Positions 18,748 to 31,300 of a DNA stretch of 49,071 nt are shown here, piece by piece. Both the position numbers and the translations under genes were made by a program. The notes under the pieces are model-generated. The model saw only the letters and a program-made list of their open reading frames with translations, had not been told where the DNA came from and did not search any database. Source of the DNA: a virus; the IMG/VR virus record IMGVR_UViG_3300025018_002313. One strand, 5' to 3'. Numbering within the stretch: position 1 is the stretch's first letter; each line of letters starts with the position of its first letter.

Positions 18748-19695
18748 TTATTTTAACTTCCCGAATGTTCGTAAATAATTTTCATATTCTGGTGTTAGAT
18801 AGTTTTTCAGATTGGCAACATTCACTTGCATATCCCCCGTCTTTGTCTGGTTGTTCATAGTGATGTGCATCTCGTAAGGTAAATCAACTAATCTATTAAT
18901 ATTTAGTCCAGAGATACAATGCGTACTTAGTAGCTCCACATTCTTATTATTCTCTATATTTTCAACTGTATTATAATATTTAACCCATGTATGATCGCGT
19001 TGCATACCAGTTAAGGTATATATCATATCATAACTTGATGCGTTAATTAAGAACGGATTATTTGTTGTATAGTCATCATCCTCAACGACACCAATAGCTC
19101 TGACTGCTGAAGAAATGGGGGAGTAACTCCAATATCGTTCAATAACTACAGGACCTACATCATATGGATTATTTATAACTGTTGATATTTGAAGTAGTTC
19201 TCCGTATCTTAATATAGTAAACCGTTGTGTATCAAGATCATCTAACCCCGCAGGAGGTTCGGTTGTTAGCCCGTACGGGAGATACCGATCCACTGTAATA
19301 TACCTGTTATCTCCGTTAACAAAAGAATAGGTATTATCAATATTATAGACTATTCGATAGAATGATGCACTAGTAGCAGATACACCAGTTGCAAATAGTT
19401 CATTATTAATGTTATCAATATACGAACCACCTATCTGAAGAAATGCATATGAGCCAAAATATTCATCCGGATATGGTATCTCAGAAAATGCATCAAAATA
19501 TGATAGTGCTGATGTAAGATACAAAATAGAACTATTATTGATGTCAACGTCTCTTGTTTTTTCAAAAATTGGATGATGAAATAACCTGTAACCGTCTTTC
19601 CATTGTATCAATACTGGTTGTAGACTTGTATTTACATCATACGGATACGATGCTGAAAGTGGATACCAATTTGCGGCACTAATTGGGATTTGCAT
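18748..19695 (-). CDS. hypothetical structural protein (315 aa)
   Basis: ORF in the structural operon with ATGA-type stop/start overlap to the upstream gene. Confidence 0.6.
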   Translation of the reverse strand: MQIPISAANWYPLSASYPYDVNTSLQPVLIQWKDGYRLFHHPIFEKTRDVDINNSSILYLTSALSYFDAFSEIPYPDEYFGSYAFLQIGGSYIDNINNELFATGVSATSASFYRIVYNIDNTYSFVNGDNRYITVDRYLPYGLTTEPPAGLDDLDTQRFTILRYGELLQISTVINNPYDVGPVVIERYWSYSPISSAVRAIGVVEDDDYTTNNPFLINASSYDMIYTLTGMQRDHTWVKYYNTVENIENNKNVELLSTHCISGLNINRLVDLPYEMHITMNNQTKTGDMQVNVANLKNYLTPEYENYLRTFGKLK

Positions 19696-22600
19696 TATTT
19701 CTCTCCTGATAGTACAACTGTATACATACTATTTAATTCTTCACCTTCAAGAATATAAACTACATCATTATTTGAATTTTGATATCTACTTTTAATTAAA
19801 TGTCTAGGCTCTATTACATCATATGGGTATATTATTGGTCCAACACTTTGCCCTATACAAATACTTGCAGAGTTTGTATTACACGCATATACTGATAGAG
19901 TAACACTAAATGTTGCAGGTATTACATTTGTATTTGTAAATGTGTGCGATATTAAATAATTTCTCGGATCATTTGGGTCATATGGAAACGCACTAACACT
20001 CGTTAATACTTGATTTAAATTACTAGCAGTTGGATATGGAAAACGACTAATGCTTTCTGTAGGTGTACCATCACCCCAATCCCAATCGAGCCTGCAGATT
20101 GGAAACGATCCTGGAGTAACACATGATGCTAAGAAATTAATAGTATGTGGACTTACTCCACTCAGCGGCGATCTTATTTCAAAGCAACAATCTGGATAAA
20201 TTTCTGCAACATACACATAAAATGGTTGTATCGATTCATTAACATATCTAGCACAGCAATCAGGAGTGGAAGTGTTACTTGCTTGTACACAAAGCGTTAC
20301 ATCATACGTTCCTGGCATAGTATATGTATGAACAACTGAATGGTTTGTTTGATTTGTCTTCCAGCAGCCTCTGTCAAAATTTCCTCTTGTTATAATATCG
20401 GCTGTAACTAATTGAGTCATACTGTGCTCGTTATAGTAATCACCGAAGTCCCAATGATATGAACTAATAGGGAATGTGTGTGGCTCAGATGAATCAGTAA
20501 ACCATACAGTAAGATTAGGAGCATACCCTGAAACAAAATCTCTATCTGTTGTTGGTAACTGGACAGGGGGCTGTGCGTCAGTTAATAGAGTATTTATATC
20601 CACGATATTTGTTTCATCACTGTACGTGGATGAAACTGTAAACGCGCTAGTTGCCCAGAAGTTTGCAAATGGTTCGAATTCTCTTACACATAAAAACTGA
20701 GTAAATGTTTGCTGGCGTCCACTAGCATCACCACTATGAGTGTTTGATGTACTTGCCGTTACGAAAAGTGATACTGCATAATATCCGTACCGCCAGAAGT
20801 TGTATGTTGCAATATTTGATAGTCCGCCTCTTATGATAGAATTAATTGTATCCGCTGGTAATCTTGTTGCGTCAGTTGTACTCCATGACCATGTAGTCAT
20901 ATATGAGAATACTGTACTATCAATAGGATCCCAGTTTTGAAGAGCCGACATATAGACATTACTTGTACATATTCCCATTGACCAAGTCTCTATTGGGTAT
21001 GTTCTAGCAATTGTTCTGTCCCAGAAATCTGCACTTAATGGATCAGTTCCGTATGCTATATTAAATTGTTCGTATGGATTGTCGTTTACATACCCAACAC
21101 TCTTTTTGAAACGAATAGGTGGCTTAAATGATAATGGGCAATCAAACCATTCAATTCTTGTTGCAGATACTTCATACGGCTCTACCCATAATCGTGCCTC
21201 CGGCCATCTTTCCATTATTGTAGAGCTTGTAATATTACTTGTTGTAGAAATAGACTGAAGGGTATACGGATCTATATTAGATGTTATTACAACTCTTGAT
21301 TCAAAATTACCACTTACCAGTCTACTATCTGTTGTTCTTGTTTGGGGTAATCCTACTTTTGTTGTATCATGATATGTTTTAGCTGGGTTTGTTATCACAT
21401 CGGTTATGTATGTACCGTCTAGATCATAGCTTTGATTTACTTTATGAAGCTCAGTTACTATGTTCGGTATTAGATTACCATAATCACTCTTGTGATCGTC
21501 CATATAAAAATTCCATCCTGTCATAATAAATGATCCAGGATTAGTATGTCCTGAGAGAGTTATAAATAAATCATCATACGCAGACACTGATGTTTGTTGA
21601 TTATTAAATATTTCTTCATTCCACATATATGGTTCGGTTTCTTCTAGTGGTGATGATTGTCTTCCTTGTGAAATAATTAATGAGCAGTCTGGGGGTGTTG
21701 TTTCAGGATGTACGTAATCTAGACTAGCTGGTAATTCTCCGATTGATCCTATCAACAATGAACCAGTGAAGTCAGAGTACATATAAGACGTATTTGCTGC
21801 TTGGGCGCCTCTATCAGCTTGTAGTACGTTGGTACTAAAGTATTTAAGTGTATTAGGTGCTGTATAATTTGGATATATACGTATACCAGAGATATTATCT
21901 ATCTCAGTGCTATGGGTCTCAGCCCAGTCTTGAATTGCAGTTATTGCGTCTGCAATAGTGTTTCTAGACACCTTTGTACCGAATTTATAGCTAACTGATC
22001 CATTAATTCCACTAATTACTTCATACGCATCCCCGGTTAAGCTGCACCAGTCTGTATAGGCCGATGCGGTCATTACAGAAGCATCTCTAGTTAAAAACCA
22101 CTCTACTTCTTTTGTATTTGTAAACGACGGTAGCCACTCATCTAAAGTTACAGAAGGCCAACGGCATTCACCTCCATACGGGTATAAACTATTTTGCTCC
22201 ATTTTATAGTATTTTGCCAGGCCATGCCCGGTTATCCAAATATTATTTTCAGAGTCCGGTGCAACTCCATATATACGAAACGATATTGGAATTTGTGCAT
22301 TTTCAACTACTTCACCTGTCGATTTAGTTCTGGTTGCTATTCTTAAAGTATCAGCACCAGTTTTAGCATTATAAATCTGATATCGATCATTTCCTGCATG
22401 TGGGTATAGTGTATCACTATCAGTTGCTACACCTCTATTTGCACCACTAGTGTCTTTATACGTTCCAGTCCAAATAAGTTTACTACTATCCCATGTATTT
22501 GTTAGCGGTTCATATGCTCCTAAATTAGCTGTAAATATGTGACTAAAGAAAACAGCACCGTCTGGTCCAGATACAATACCATACTCCTCCCCACTGTTAA

Positions 22601-23612
22601 TTGGCCTAGAGTATAGCCACCCTGAAGAAGAATTAATTAATTTAAATATACCTGTTCGGTTACCTCTATGTACTCCATAGTAAATATTAGAATCATTAAG
22701 CGAAGGTACTAACCCGTATATTTGACCACCGACAGTTTTTAGTAGAATTCCATTACTATTACCATCTGGAACTCCGATAGGACAAGAGAATACCTTACCA
22801 TCTGTTGTAAATGTTCCAACGATTGCATTACCCGAGGATTTATCAATAGCAATACCTTGTCCATATCGATCATCTGTACCTGTCCTATAGACATTCTTTA
22901 ATCGGCCTGTTCTTAAGCTGCAACAATATGCTTCACCTACAGCGCCGCCTCGATCTCTATTGGTTATCCAAGCATGCCCACCTATACCATCTGGCCCACC
23001 GTGATTTTCTATGTCTTGATATATACGATTAATGTCAACCGCTGTTCTTGAAACTTTGCTAGGTATACCGCCGGCGGCTGTTCGCAATTTCGTTTGCCAT
23101 ATTCGTTGACCTTCATGGAGTAAGATATTGTGCTTTACCTGATTTTTTGTTGACATACATTGTGCAAGACCCTCTCCAGTATGAGATGTAATAACGTATG
23201 GTGCAGTATCAAACACTCCACCTTGAACATAAGATTGTAGGATATAATATATTGGTCTTCTTGAATAGTACACATCATATAATAACTCTTGATCAGTTGC
23301 AACCTCACTAGTTAATCCGTATAAGGTTCTAAGAGGTGTTGTAATTGCAGTTCCGTTATAGAAACCGGACATGTCATCCGTCATTGAGGTAATAGTTGGT
23401 ACGTCTGTAGTGTTTAAAATTACATATGAGTCCGATAATACTACATCATTAGATGATTCTCCTAATGATCCAATCCATCGAAACACTTTTACTCTAGTGA
23501 AAGGAATTGATGGTTCGAACGACCACTCTAATGAGAATTCATGTGGAGAACTCCCATCCGGTCTGGCTTGGATTACGTCTGGTGAAATATTTGTAAATTG
23601 TGCAAAACTCAT
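19695..23612 (-). CDS. giant structural protein (1305 aa) with two C-terminal PKD-like domains and NHL-like repeats
   Basis: PKD signatures 'HWDFGDYYNE...HTYTMPGTYDVTLCV' and 'DWDWGDGTPTE...HTFTNTNVIPATFSVTLSVYA'. 'YGQGIAIDKSSGNAIV' resembles NHL/beta-propeller blades. Confidence 0.7.
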   Translation of the reverse strand: MSFAQFTNISPDVIQARPDGSSPHEFSLEWSFEPSIPFTRVKVFRWIGSLGESSNDVVLSDSYVILNTTDVPTITSMTDDMSGFYNGTAITTPLRTLYGLTSEVATDQELLYDVYYSRRPIYYILQSYVQGGVFDTAPYVITSHTGEGLAQCMSTKNQVKHNILLHEGQRIWQTKLRTAAGGIPSKVSRTAVDINRIYQDIENHGGPDGIGGHAWITNRDRGGAVGEAYCCSLRTGRLKNVYRTGTDDRYGQGIAIDKSSGNAIVGTFTTDGKVFSCPIGVPDGNSNGILLKTVGGQIYGLVPSLNDSNIYYGVHRGNRTGIFKLINSSSGWLYSRPINSGEEYGIVSGPDGAVFFSHIFTANLGAYEPLTNTWDSSKLIWTGTYKDTSGANRGVATDSDTLYPHAGNDRYQIYNAKTGADTLRIATRTKSTGEVVENAQIPISFRIYGVAPDSENNIWITGHGLAKYYKMEQNSLYPYGGECRWPSVTLDEWLPSFTNTKEVEWFLTRDASVMTASAYTDWCSLTGDAYEVISGINGSVSYKFGTKVSRNTIADAITAIQDWAETHSTEIDNISGIRIYPNYTAPNTLKYFSTNVLQADRGAQAANTSYMYSDFTGSLLIGSIGELPASLDYVHPETTPPDCSLIISQGRQSSPLEETEPYMWNEEIFNNQQTSVSAYDDLFITLSGHTNPGSFIMTGWNFYMDDHKSDYGNLIPNIVTELHKVNQSYDLDGTYITDVITNPAKTYHDTTKVGLPQTRTTDSRLVSGNFESRVVITSNIDPYTLQSISTTSNITSSTIMERWPEARLWVEPYEVSATRIEWFDCPLSFKPPIRFKKSVGYVNDNPYEQFNIAYGTDPLSADFWDRTIARTYPIETWSMGICTSNVYMSALQNWDPIDSTVFSYMTTWSWSTTDATRLPADTINSIIRGGLSNIATYNFWRYGYYAVSLFVTASTSNTHSGDASGRQQTFTQFLCVREFEPFANFWATSAFTVSSTYSDETNIVDINTLLTDAQPPVQLPTTDRDFVSGYAPNLTVWFTDSSEPHTFPISSYHWDFGDYYNEHSMTQLVTADIITRGNFDRGCWKTNQTNHSVVHTYTMPGTYDVTLCVQASNTSTPDCCARYVNESIQPFYVYVAEIYPDCCFEIRSPLSGVSPHTINFLASCVTPGSFPICRLDWDWGDGTPTESISRFPYPTASNLNQVLTSVSAFPYDPNDPRNYLISHTFTNTNVIPATFSVTLSVYACNTNSASICIGQSVGPIIYPYDVIEPRHLIKSRYQNSNNDVVYILEGEELNSMYTVVLSGEK

Positions 23613-23647
23613 TTTATATATTTATTCTCTAACATTGCTTTTCAATG

Positions 23648-26600
23648 TTATACTGAAGGTGTTAGGACCTTATAGCTATTTAATTCATACGTAGAGCCGT
23701 AATGGTTTATATTAATTGTTGTGAAATACATCCCCTGTCTTTCGTTGTTATATCCGATAAATGCAACATTATATTGGTTCGTATCGTTGTTATGTGTAAA
23801 TACAGGGTCTTCAATAGAAGTTAGATTTACACTAGTTAATGCACGAAGAGACGAATCTTTACCGGTATAAATTTTTGCCAATTGATTTATGTTTAAATCA
23901 TATCCGTATAATACTGGATAGAAGTAGGTTCCAGATACTGTACTCGTTGATAATAATGTACATACTGTTGCTTTTTTATCTTCTTCAAAGAACCAAGATC
24001 CGCCATATCGCCCACCACAAAGGCTGATTATATTGATATTATCACCGATAGTGTAAATAGTATTTGCTTTATAATCGAATGTTAATTTCGCCAGCAATAT
24101 ATAATCAGGAATATAAATCATGATAGTATCAAACCAAATATCAAAATCTAATATATTTGCTGATAATGCACTTGCAAAAGAACTATTGAATGAAATAAAC
24201 TTATCGTATACTCCTGATAACGAAATCATACCGGGTCTCATTATGTTTCTTGTATCTCTGGTCCATATTTCTCCGGGTAGATTGCGTTTTTCATACACTG
24301 ATACCCTGCTTGTATATTTTAACAACGAAAACTCATTTGTAAAGATATCAGTTTTCCATTGATATACTTGCTTATTTGGGGGAGGGAATTGATCATACCA
24401 CTTCAAAATAGTATTTTCTTTTCTAAAATTCGATGGCCAATCTATACTATTTTCCCATGTATTGTCATATTCTTGATACCAAGGATCATATAAATCACCC
24501 TGTCGGTGAATACCTGCACTATTATGCTTCTTTATCTCATATTTCGTCTTATATGGACTAAAGTGCTGATGATCTCTTAACCCTATCAGCATACCTGCCT
24601 TTGCACTCTCAGTGAGAATACCTTTTGTCCATGTTGAATCTACACTGACTGTGTAGATCGGCATCAGCTGCGTTTCTTTTGTGAGTCCATAGTTGCTATT
24701 ATAAATCTCTACATTCTGATACGTTCTGTATTGAGTATTCGGAAAGAAAATAATTCCTGTATCTATAGTATTCAACTCATGTGTTCTGTTTTTGCTTAAG
24801 AATGTACTGGCGCCGATCATCTGTGGTATAAAATATCCACCAACCTCTGGTGTTGGATATAACCCACCGACATAAGGTACAGTTGCAACTGTTGGAAAAT
24901 GTCTGTTCGTTAAATAAGCATACGGTGATACAGGAGTGACTAAATCACCACTAACAATCGGCACCCAGACACCACCAGTCGGTGGAATGCCTAGAGACGA
25001 ATCACTTACTTCCTGAGTCCATGTAAACGGTGATGTTGCGAAATAATTTAATAGTAGTGGATATGCACTGTTAGTATCAAGAACAAGGTCAGTGGTATCG
25101 TTTGTTCCGGATATAATCAACTCATTAATATCGTTTCTCATCATACCTGACAAGTTACTGATACCGTCAGTATTAATGATAAGTTTATTCCATTTCGTTT
25201 CGTTTGAATTAACCGTTATACCTAGAGGCTGCTTCCATATAAAACTATCTGATGTATTTCTTTTGTAGCTCAAATACGTGTCCATATTGAGTTTAATATC
25301 TGAAAATTCCGGTTGCGAGATAGGCGTATAATCATCAACAAACTGAATAGATCCACCCCATACATCTATACCTTTGTATTTCGTCTGTATAGAACTTCTG
25401 TCTGTTGCTTTTGCCCAAAACGGACGTGCACCTCGTGATACACCATCAAACGTAAATGTCGAATAATTCCATCCAGACAGCTCAACATTTATTGTGAAGT
25501 TAATAGGTGGAGTTAAAAATGTATATGTGTCTACAATCTCAGTTGAAATTGCCGAAACAAATGTACTTACGGTCCAGAGATCTGAATTACCGAATGAACC
25601 GCTTACCATAAACGGTACACCCTCTTGGAAAACTGGAATCTCAGTCTCAAACATATCTACGCGAGTAATTACAGGGGAATCCCCTACTATATCCCAAACA
25701 GGGGATGATATCGCTAGTGTTTTTGTTCCTTGGCCAGATGTAGTTAAATTTGAATATATGGTTGATGTACTCATATCTGGTAATGCATATGATTCTACAT
25801 CTGTCATTTCAAAATGAGAGGCAGAGAATCCAATTGATACCGTTTTATGTGTATATTCTAAGTAATTACCAGGAGTTAAGATTAATGTTGTTGGTTTCTC
25901 TGTAGATATCCATGCATCATTTAATTGATCATATTCAAGCCCTATCCACTTACATTCTGGTTGATTGTAAGCATACTTTGCTATAAAATATGGTGCATTT
26001 TCAGATGGATTACTGCGGCCTATATTTGAACGAACATATCTATAAACCGTATCTTGTTTGAGTTGGAATGGAGTTCCATTATATGTCAGCCAGTTACCTG
26101 CACTCCACCCAGCGTCTGGTTCAAGATGATCTTCAGACACTTTATACCAACCAAACTCATCGCTATTTGTAAATTTGTATCCCGCTGAATCTGTCCACGT
26201 TTCTAAATTAAATGCGCTCGCTGGATTTGAGACAGATACAATATAATCACAAAATCGATCATAGCTATCGAAATTGCTACCTGGATGCCCAAATGGAGAG
26301 TAAAATACTGATTTACATGTACACTGCTGCCATTGATTGTAATCAATATTATCGTTTTGTTCTGGGCGCTTCTTGAATAGAGATAATAGATTTTGTTTTA
26401 GATACTGACAATCTTGTTGATGATTATAATGAACAAAAACATCATCTGCGTTTGTCAAAGATCCTTCCCATATAAATACTGTTTCAGTTCCCGGATCTAC
26501 TGCGAAATATACACCAGGCTGACGCGGTGCAGAAGTAGGCACGGCACCAGTTATGTTTGGTGCGCAATGTGCTCCTGATAGCCATGCGCCATTTATAACT

Positions 26601-28390
26601 TTTCCGTTAGTAAGTGAGTCAAGTTTAAAAATTGTATCAGCACCATTAACTGCGTTACCAGCTGTCGCCCCTGCAAAAGCTCTGCTAATGTCTATCGCGC
26701 TTAATGCCATAGGAATACAAATGGATGAGGTAACGTACGTTGAGGTAGTACCTTCTACACGCTCAATTGGCCAATAAATTTTGCTAGTGCCAACGTTAAC
26801 AGGTATATCAGTTGTATCCATTTTATACAGCCATGCATACTGTTGACTGTTTGTGTAAACTCCATCTGGCACAGAATCGTGTATTGAATCACTACGAATG
26901 ATTATTTGATCAGCTTGGTCGAATTTTTTACTTGCGTATGCACCTTCATCGATGAGTGTAGTTTCATGAATAGGAATAGATTCAAACGCAGATACGCTCT
27001 GTGCGGTAGTATCCCAATATGTTCTAAGGATAGCACTCTGAACATTTTCATCCAAAAATATAAATGTAGAGTTAATATTTGTTAAAGCTCTGCCAGTCCA
27101 CTCTATATCTTCTCCGCTTATACCAAATCCTGGAAACGGAAAATTAAATAAGTTGTCACCTTCAACCAAATTAGCAGACATAGTTAAGTGACGAGTTACT
27201 TTGTCTGTGCTCTGTAACCATGCACCAGTCGTACTATTATTTCGTGTTGCAAAAATAACATCAGCACTAGTATACTCTTCACCGCCAGTTGCTCCTGAGA
27301 AAATTAAATTCGACTCGGCTAAAGGTACCGGATCAATATATTTATCCAAGTTAACTTCATTTAGATATTCTCCTGATGTCCAATAAAACCAATTATTACC
27401 GGCAACAAACGGGTAACTCATTGTCTGTTTCCATGGTTTAAAATAACCACCGGATATGATATACTGCTGCTCTCCTAGAAACTTTTCTGTTAACGCAATA
27501 CGTGTGTAATCCGCAAGAATTTGACTATCAGGTAACTCAAGAGCTGAAATAGGTATACCTGCTTCATATGCGGCTAGTGTATTCTGCACAGACCAAGTAA
27601 GAGGATTGTCTGCACACACTGGAGATGTACCTGTGTTATACAACCAATCAAATTCATTTATATTAAAACTTTTCGCCGTTAAGTAATCGATGACTGTATC
27701 AGAAGATAGATTAAAATATGTTGATGGAGATGAAGAAGGATCACGATCAAAATAGTTTGTATCATCGTATAGCTCTTCAACTTCAATTCTAAAAGAATTT
27801 ATGGTAGCTGATAATTCAGGTATTGCGTTTAATGTTGACGCCTCTGTAACTGTTGTTATATATTCATTACCAGGGAACCGTCTCTTTGTAAATGCCTTAA
27901 GTAGATATTCGTAGAATAGTCTTTCAAGACCACGCTCTGCACCAGCCATATTATATTTTAGTTTAGCTTTTTTTATAGCTTCACGTTTGTTAATAATATA
28001 AATTGCTATCTCTTTTAATTTACGAGCATAAAATGGAATGACTTGCTCAACTTCAAGCTCATCGTCCCAGTTAATGTCTGTTACCCATTCTTTCTCTGCT
28101 TCAGTTTGAAATGCTAGACTTATTTGTTTGAGTAGCGCGATGTAATCCTCTCGGACTTGCTTACTCTGTACTACTTTTTCTTGATCGCGATCTTCATACC
28201 ATTTTAACAGATACAAATCATATTGCTTTCTCTCTTCACCTGGAATAATACCAACGTTTCTTTGTATCCATGCAGAAAAACTATATGGTAACCGAAGATC
28301 ATTAATTTTTTGACCCTGTAGAGTTTCCTGTATCTGAGATTGCTCAAGGTTTCTTGTCTGTGAATAACTCGTTAAAATTCGCTGTGCCAC
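23648..28390 (-). CDS. giant baseplate/fiber structural protein (1580 aa), helical charged N-terminus
   Basis: Uninterrupted 4.7 kb ORF. The first ~200 aa are Lys/Glu-rich and predicted helical; the rest is fiber-like. Confidence 0.7.
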   Translation of the reverse strand: MAQRILTSYSQTRNLEQSQIQETLQGQKINDLRLPYSFSAWIQRNVGIIPGEERKQYDLYLLKWYEDRDQEKVVQSKQVREDYIALLKQISLAFQTEAEKEWVTDINWDDELEVEQVIPFYARKLKEIAIYIINKREAIKKAKLKYNMAGAERGLERLFYEYLLKAFTKRRFPGNEYITTVTEASTLNAIPELSATINSFRIEVEELYDDTNYFDRDPSSSPSTYFNLSSDTVIDYLTAKSFNINEFDWLYNTGTSPVCADNPLTWSVQNTLAAYEAGIPISALELPDSQILADYTRIALTEKFLGEQQYIISGGYFKPWKQTMSYPFVAGNNWFYWTSGEYLNEVNLDKYIDPVPLAESNLIFSGATGGEEYTSADVIFATRNNSTTGAWLQSTDKVTRHLTMSANLVEGDNLFNFPFPGFGISGEDIEWTGRALTNINSTFIFLDENVQSAILRTYWDTTAQSVSAFESIPIHETTLIDEGAYASKKFDQADQIIIRSDSIHDSVPDGVYTNSQQYAWLYKMDTTDIPVNVGTSKIYWPIERVEGTTSTYVTSSICIPMALSAIDISRAFAGATAGNAVNGADTIFKLDSLTNGKVINGAWLSGAHCAPNITGAVPTSAPRQPGVYFAVDPGTETVFIWEGSLTNADDVFVHYNHQQDCQYLKQNLLSLFKKRPEQNDNIDYNQWQQCTCKSVFYSPFGHPGSNFDSYDRFCDYIVSVSNPASAFNLETWTDSAGYKFTNSDEFGWYKVSEDHLEPDAGWSAGNWLTYNGTPFQLKQDTVYRYVRSNIGRSNPSENAPYFIAKYAYNQPECKWIGLEYDQLNDAWISTEKPTTLILTPGNYLEYTHKTVSIGFSASHFEMTDVESYALPDMSTSTIYSNLTTSGQGTKTLAISSPVWDIVGDSPVITRVDMFETEIPVFQEGVPFMVSGSFGNSDLWTVSTFVSAISTEIVDTYTFLTPPINFTINVELSGWNYSTFTFDGVSRGARPFWAKATDRSSIQTKYKGIDVWGGSIQFVDDYTPISQPEFSDIKLNMDTYLSYKRNTSDSFIWKQPLGITVNSNETKWNKLIINTDGISNLSGMMRNDINELIISGTNDTTDLVLDTNSAYPLLLNYFATSPFTWTQEVSDSSLGIPPTGGVWVPIVSGDLVTPVSPYAYLTNRHFPTVATVPYVGGLYPTPEVGGYFIPQMIGASTFLSKNRTHELNTIDTGIIFFPNTQYRTYQNVEIYNSNYGLTKETQLMPIYTVSVDSTWTKGILTESAKAGMLIGLRDHQHFSPYKTKYEIKKHNSAGIHRQGDLYDPWYQEYDNTWENSIDWPSNFRKENTILKWYDQFPPPNKQVYQWKTDIFTNEFSLLKYTSRVSVYEKRNLPGEIWTRDTRNIMRPGMISLSGVYDKFISFNSSFASALSANILDFDIWFDTIMIYIPDYILLAKLTFDYKANTIYTIGDNINIISLCGGRYGGSWFFEEDKKATVCTLLSTSTVSGTYFYPVLYGYDLNINQLAKIYTGKDSSLRALTSVNLTSIEDPVFTHNNDTNQYNVAFIGYNNERQGMYFTTININHYGSTYELNSYKVLTPSV

Positions 28391-28393
28391 TTA

Positions 28394-31300
28394 TCACTCC
28401 TTAATTAAATCTAAACCTTTATGTAAGATATAATTTAACATCTTTTCTACGGATTCCCCAGAACCATACCAATCATTAACACCGGATGTATTCTCACTTA
28501 AAGTTGTATTTCTGTCTCCCCAATTAATTACTCCAGCTACTTGTTGATTGCAAGATATATCAACAAAATCATAAAAACAAAAACGATCAGTTGTCTCTAT
28601 GAATTCTGTTAGATTTGGTACTGTACTGGTTGCATATATATTCGGTAGTAACCAGGTATAACTAGCAGATAAAGGATAAATGTATACTCCACAAATAACT
28701 GGAGTAACTGATGTACAAGGATTAAATGTGTCATCCGAAACCGTCGATATAGGTGGAACAATTATATTGTACTTATCCGATAAATATTTATCCCTTGTTA
28801 CAAACGGTACATTAGCTGTTACCATATAAAACATTGGATTGAAAGCATTGCCTCTATTCCCTGGGTGGTAGTGTCCACACAATTCGCATTCCGAAAGAAC
28901 TGGAGTTCTTTCACCGCCTGATATAATTACATTATAGCTGTTTGCATAATTTTGTTTACATTTACATCTGCCGCCCCACAGTTTTTGTTGATTAATTGAA
29001 ATAATATCCATTATTCGTTCCAGTTCTAGTGGATATGATAATTGATAATCATCAATTGGGACGTCTACTTTTGAAGCTATATCATAAACTTGTCCTATAT
29101 TACATTCTTCAATATCAGCTCTATTTTGTGTAAAGTTTGCTATACGCTCATATGATTGACGACCAAAAGCTTTACCGTACTCGGTATCATCATTCCCCCA
29201 TACCACGTCCATATACCCGTCCCAGAGAACAATATTTTCGTTTATATGCGAAGGTATAGCTAAAGAATGAACATACTGGCTTGCATTCCAACTTTCATTG
29301 AACTTTCGTATTTCCAGCCCAGTAAAATCTTCAACATTAAAAACTCGGCTCTCACCTTGTATGTATGAAAATCCAGCGGAACCTGCACTTAGCATAACTC
29401 CAGGACTATATTTTCTGTAAAACCGATAACCACACCAATCACCGAATGCCTGTGCAGATTTACTCTGTGAATCACCAGATACAGTATATTGTGTTGTAGG
29501 GAAATTATAAAAAGAATACTGATTATTAGGAGTAATCTCCATAAAATATTCTAGACTACTATCTTGTACTAGATATAGTACGTTTTCGATAGAATTAATA
29601 ACAAACACACGCCCATAAATATCACAACATAATCCTTCAAGTGCATTATATTCAAGTTTTTCTGTATCAGCCCAATCAGGTATGGTAGTAACACCTACCG
29701 TCCATGAAGTCTTTGCTCCACCTGTAGTAACACGAGTTAATGTATTCCAGTCTTCTGTAAACCATACACTCTCACCTCCATCGATAGCAAGATATTCTGG
29801 ATTTACCGCACTGATTGAACATAGTAATGCTCTAGTTGTCGAGCTGTACATATTTACACTACCTTTGCGATAGTCTGGCCCGGCGTGATATGTTAGTGAT
29901 ACCCAGACATCATTTGTTCTACCAATATGAATATCCATCGGATTAGAGCACGTCGGTAATGTAATAGATTGGAGATAATTTCCTTGTGAGTCGAATTGCC
30001 ATAACGCACTTGATAATGAATTTGTATATGAGACCCAAACATTGTTATTCATATCGGTCTCTACTAAAGTTGGCTTGTAGACTGGATCGGCTTCCTCATA
30101 TAGTGAAAATAACGGATCGATAACAGGATCCGGAAATCCGAAAGAAATAACAGCACATATTTGACCATCTAATGTATTAAGTTTTACAGCAGATTCTGAA
30201 TCAAAAAATGACACCCAAAGGTATCCATCACTGTCTAGACTTATGCCAGCAGGTGTTCCGCCGCCTAGATTTGTTCCGAACGATGAAGTATCGCTAAAAT
30301 CTATTGTTGAGAGTAGTACACCATTTGTTGAGAATTTGTACAGCATATCGTTTTCACTATCAGATGCCCATAGATTATAGCAAGGGTCAACCGCAATGCC
30401 GTAAATACCTCCAAATCCAGTTAGCCCCATTATGTTAGTTGTAAATACCTGTAGATCAGCTACATCATAAATCGTCTGGGCTGGACTGATATCGATAATT
30501 TTACTCTCTTTTAGATATGATGTCATCTGATCAACAAGTGTTTGATCGAAACACGGATAATATAATCTGTTTAACGTGTTATTTGTTGGGTTTGATATCC
30601 AATAATATGGAGTGTGTATCCACGTCTTACTAATTGAAACATTACCTGAAACTGTTATCGTAGTAGACAATAGTACTTCTTCAGTAGAGAAGCTGCTTCG
30701 TATCCATCCCTGTGCATCAAATCCATTATTATCATAAGCGGACAGGTAGGCCCACCCTGTTTCCGGTGTCCAAACGACGTTTGTAGATAACGGCAATACA
30801 GACAGATCACGATCAAGAGACCCTGCAAGATACCCATCATAATTTGTTGGAGGAACATCAAATAAAATGTGTGCACAACTATCTGATATTTTATCTGGGC
30901 AGAAGGCAGAAATATAGGTTGTATCGCCGCGTACAGTTATAACATGGGGAATGTTAGTATCCTTCCAGTATAAATCAAACATTGGATATTTACCGTTTCG
31001 TGTAATATCAAATTGTAATGGATCGGTACCGTTTATAAAATAGGGCATAACAATGCCTACTTTGCTATTTGCATATCCCGGTACGTTCTCTAAGGTATCG
31101 CGGGTATCTAGATAAACAGGATAGTCACTAAAATCAACAATAGCCCATAATATAACAGGACTACATCCTTCCGACTGTCTATCATCGATATAATAGAACT
31201 GAGCTGTAGCAATTACGCCTAGTGTATTACCAGAGGCGTCTGTAACTAATGATGTAACAGAAGGTATTATAGACTCGATATAATTTCCGCTCAAATCTGT

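Noticed and set aside
28781-28790. Perfect palindrome GATAAATATTTATC inside the 1046-aa gene
   Set aside because: It encodes a DKYLSDKY peptide repeat in frame. It could be an internal promoter, but there is no supporting context such as a downstream SD and start.
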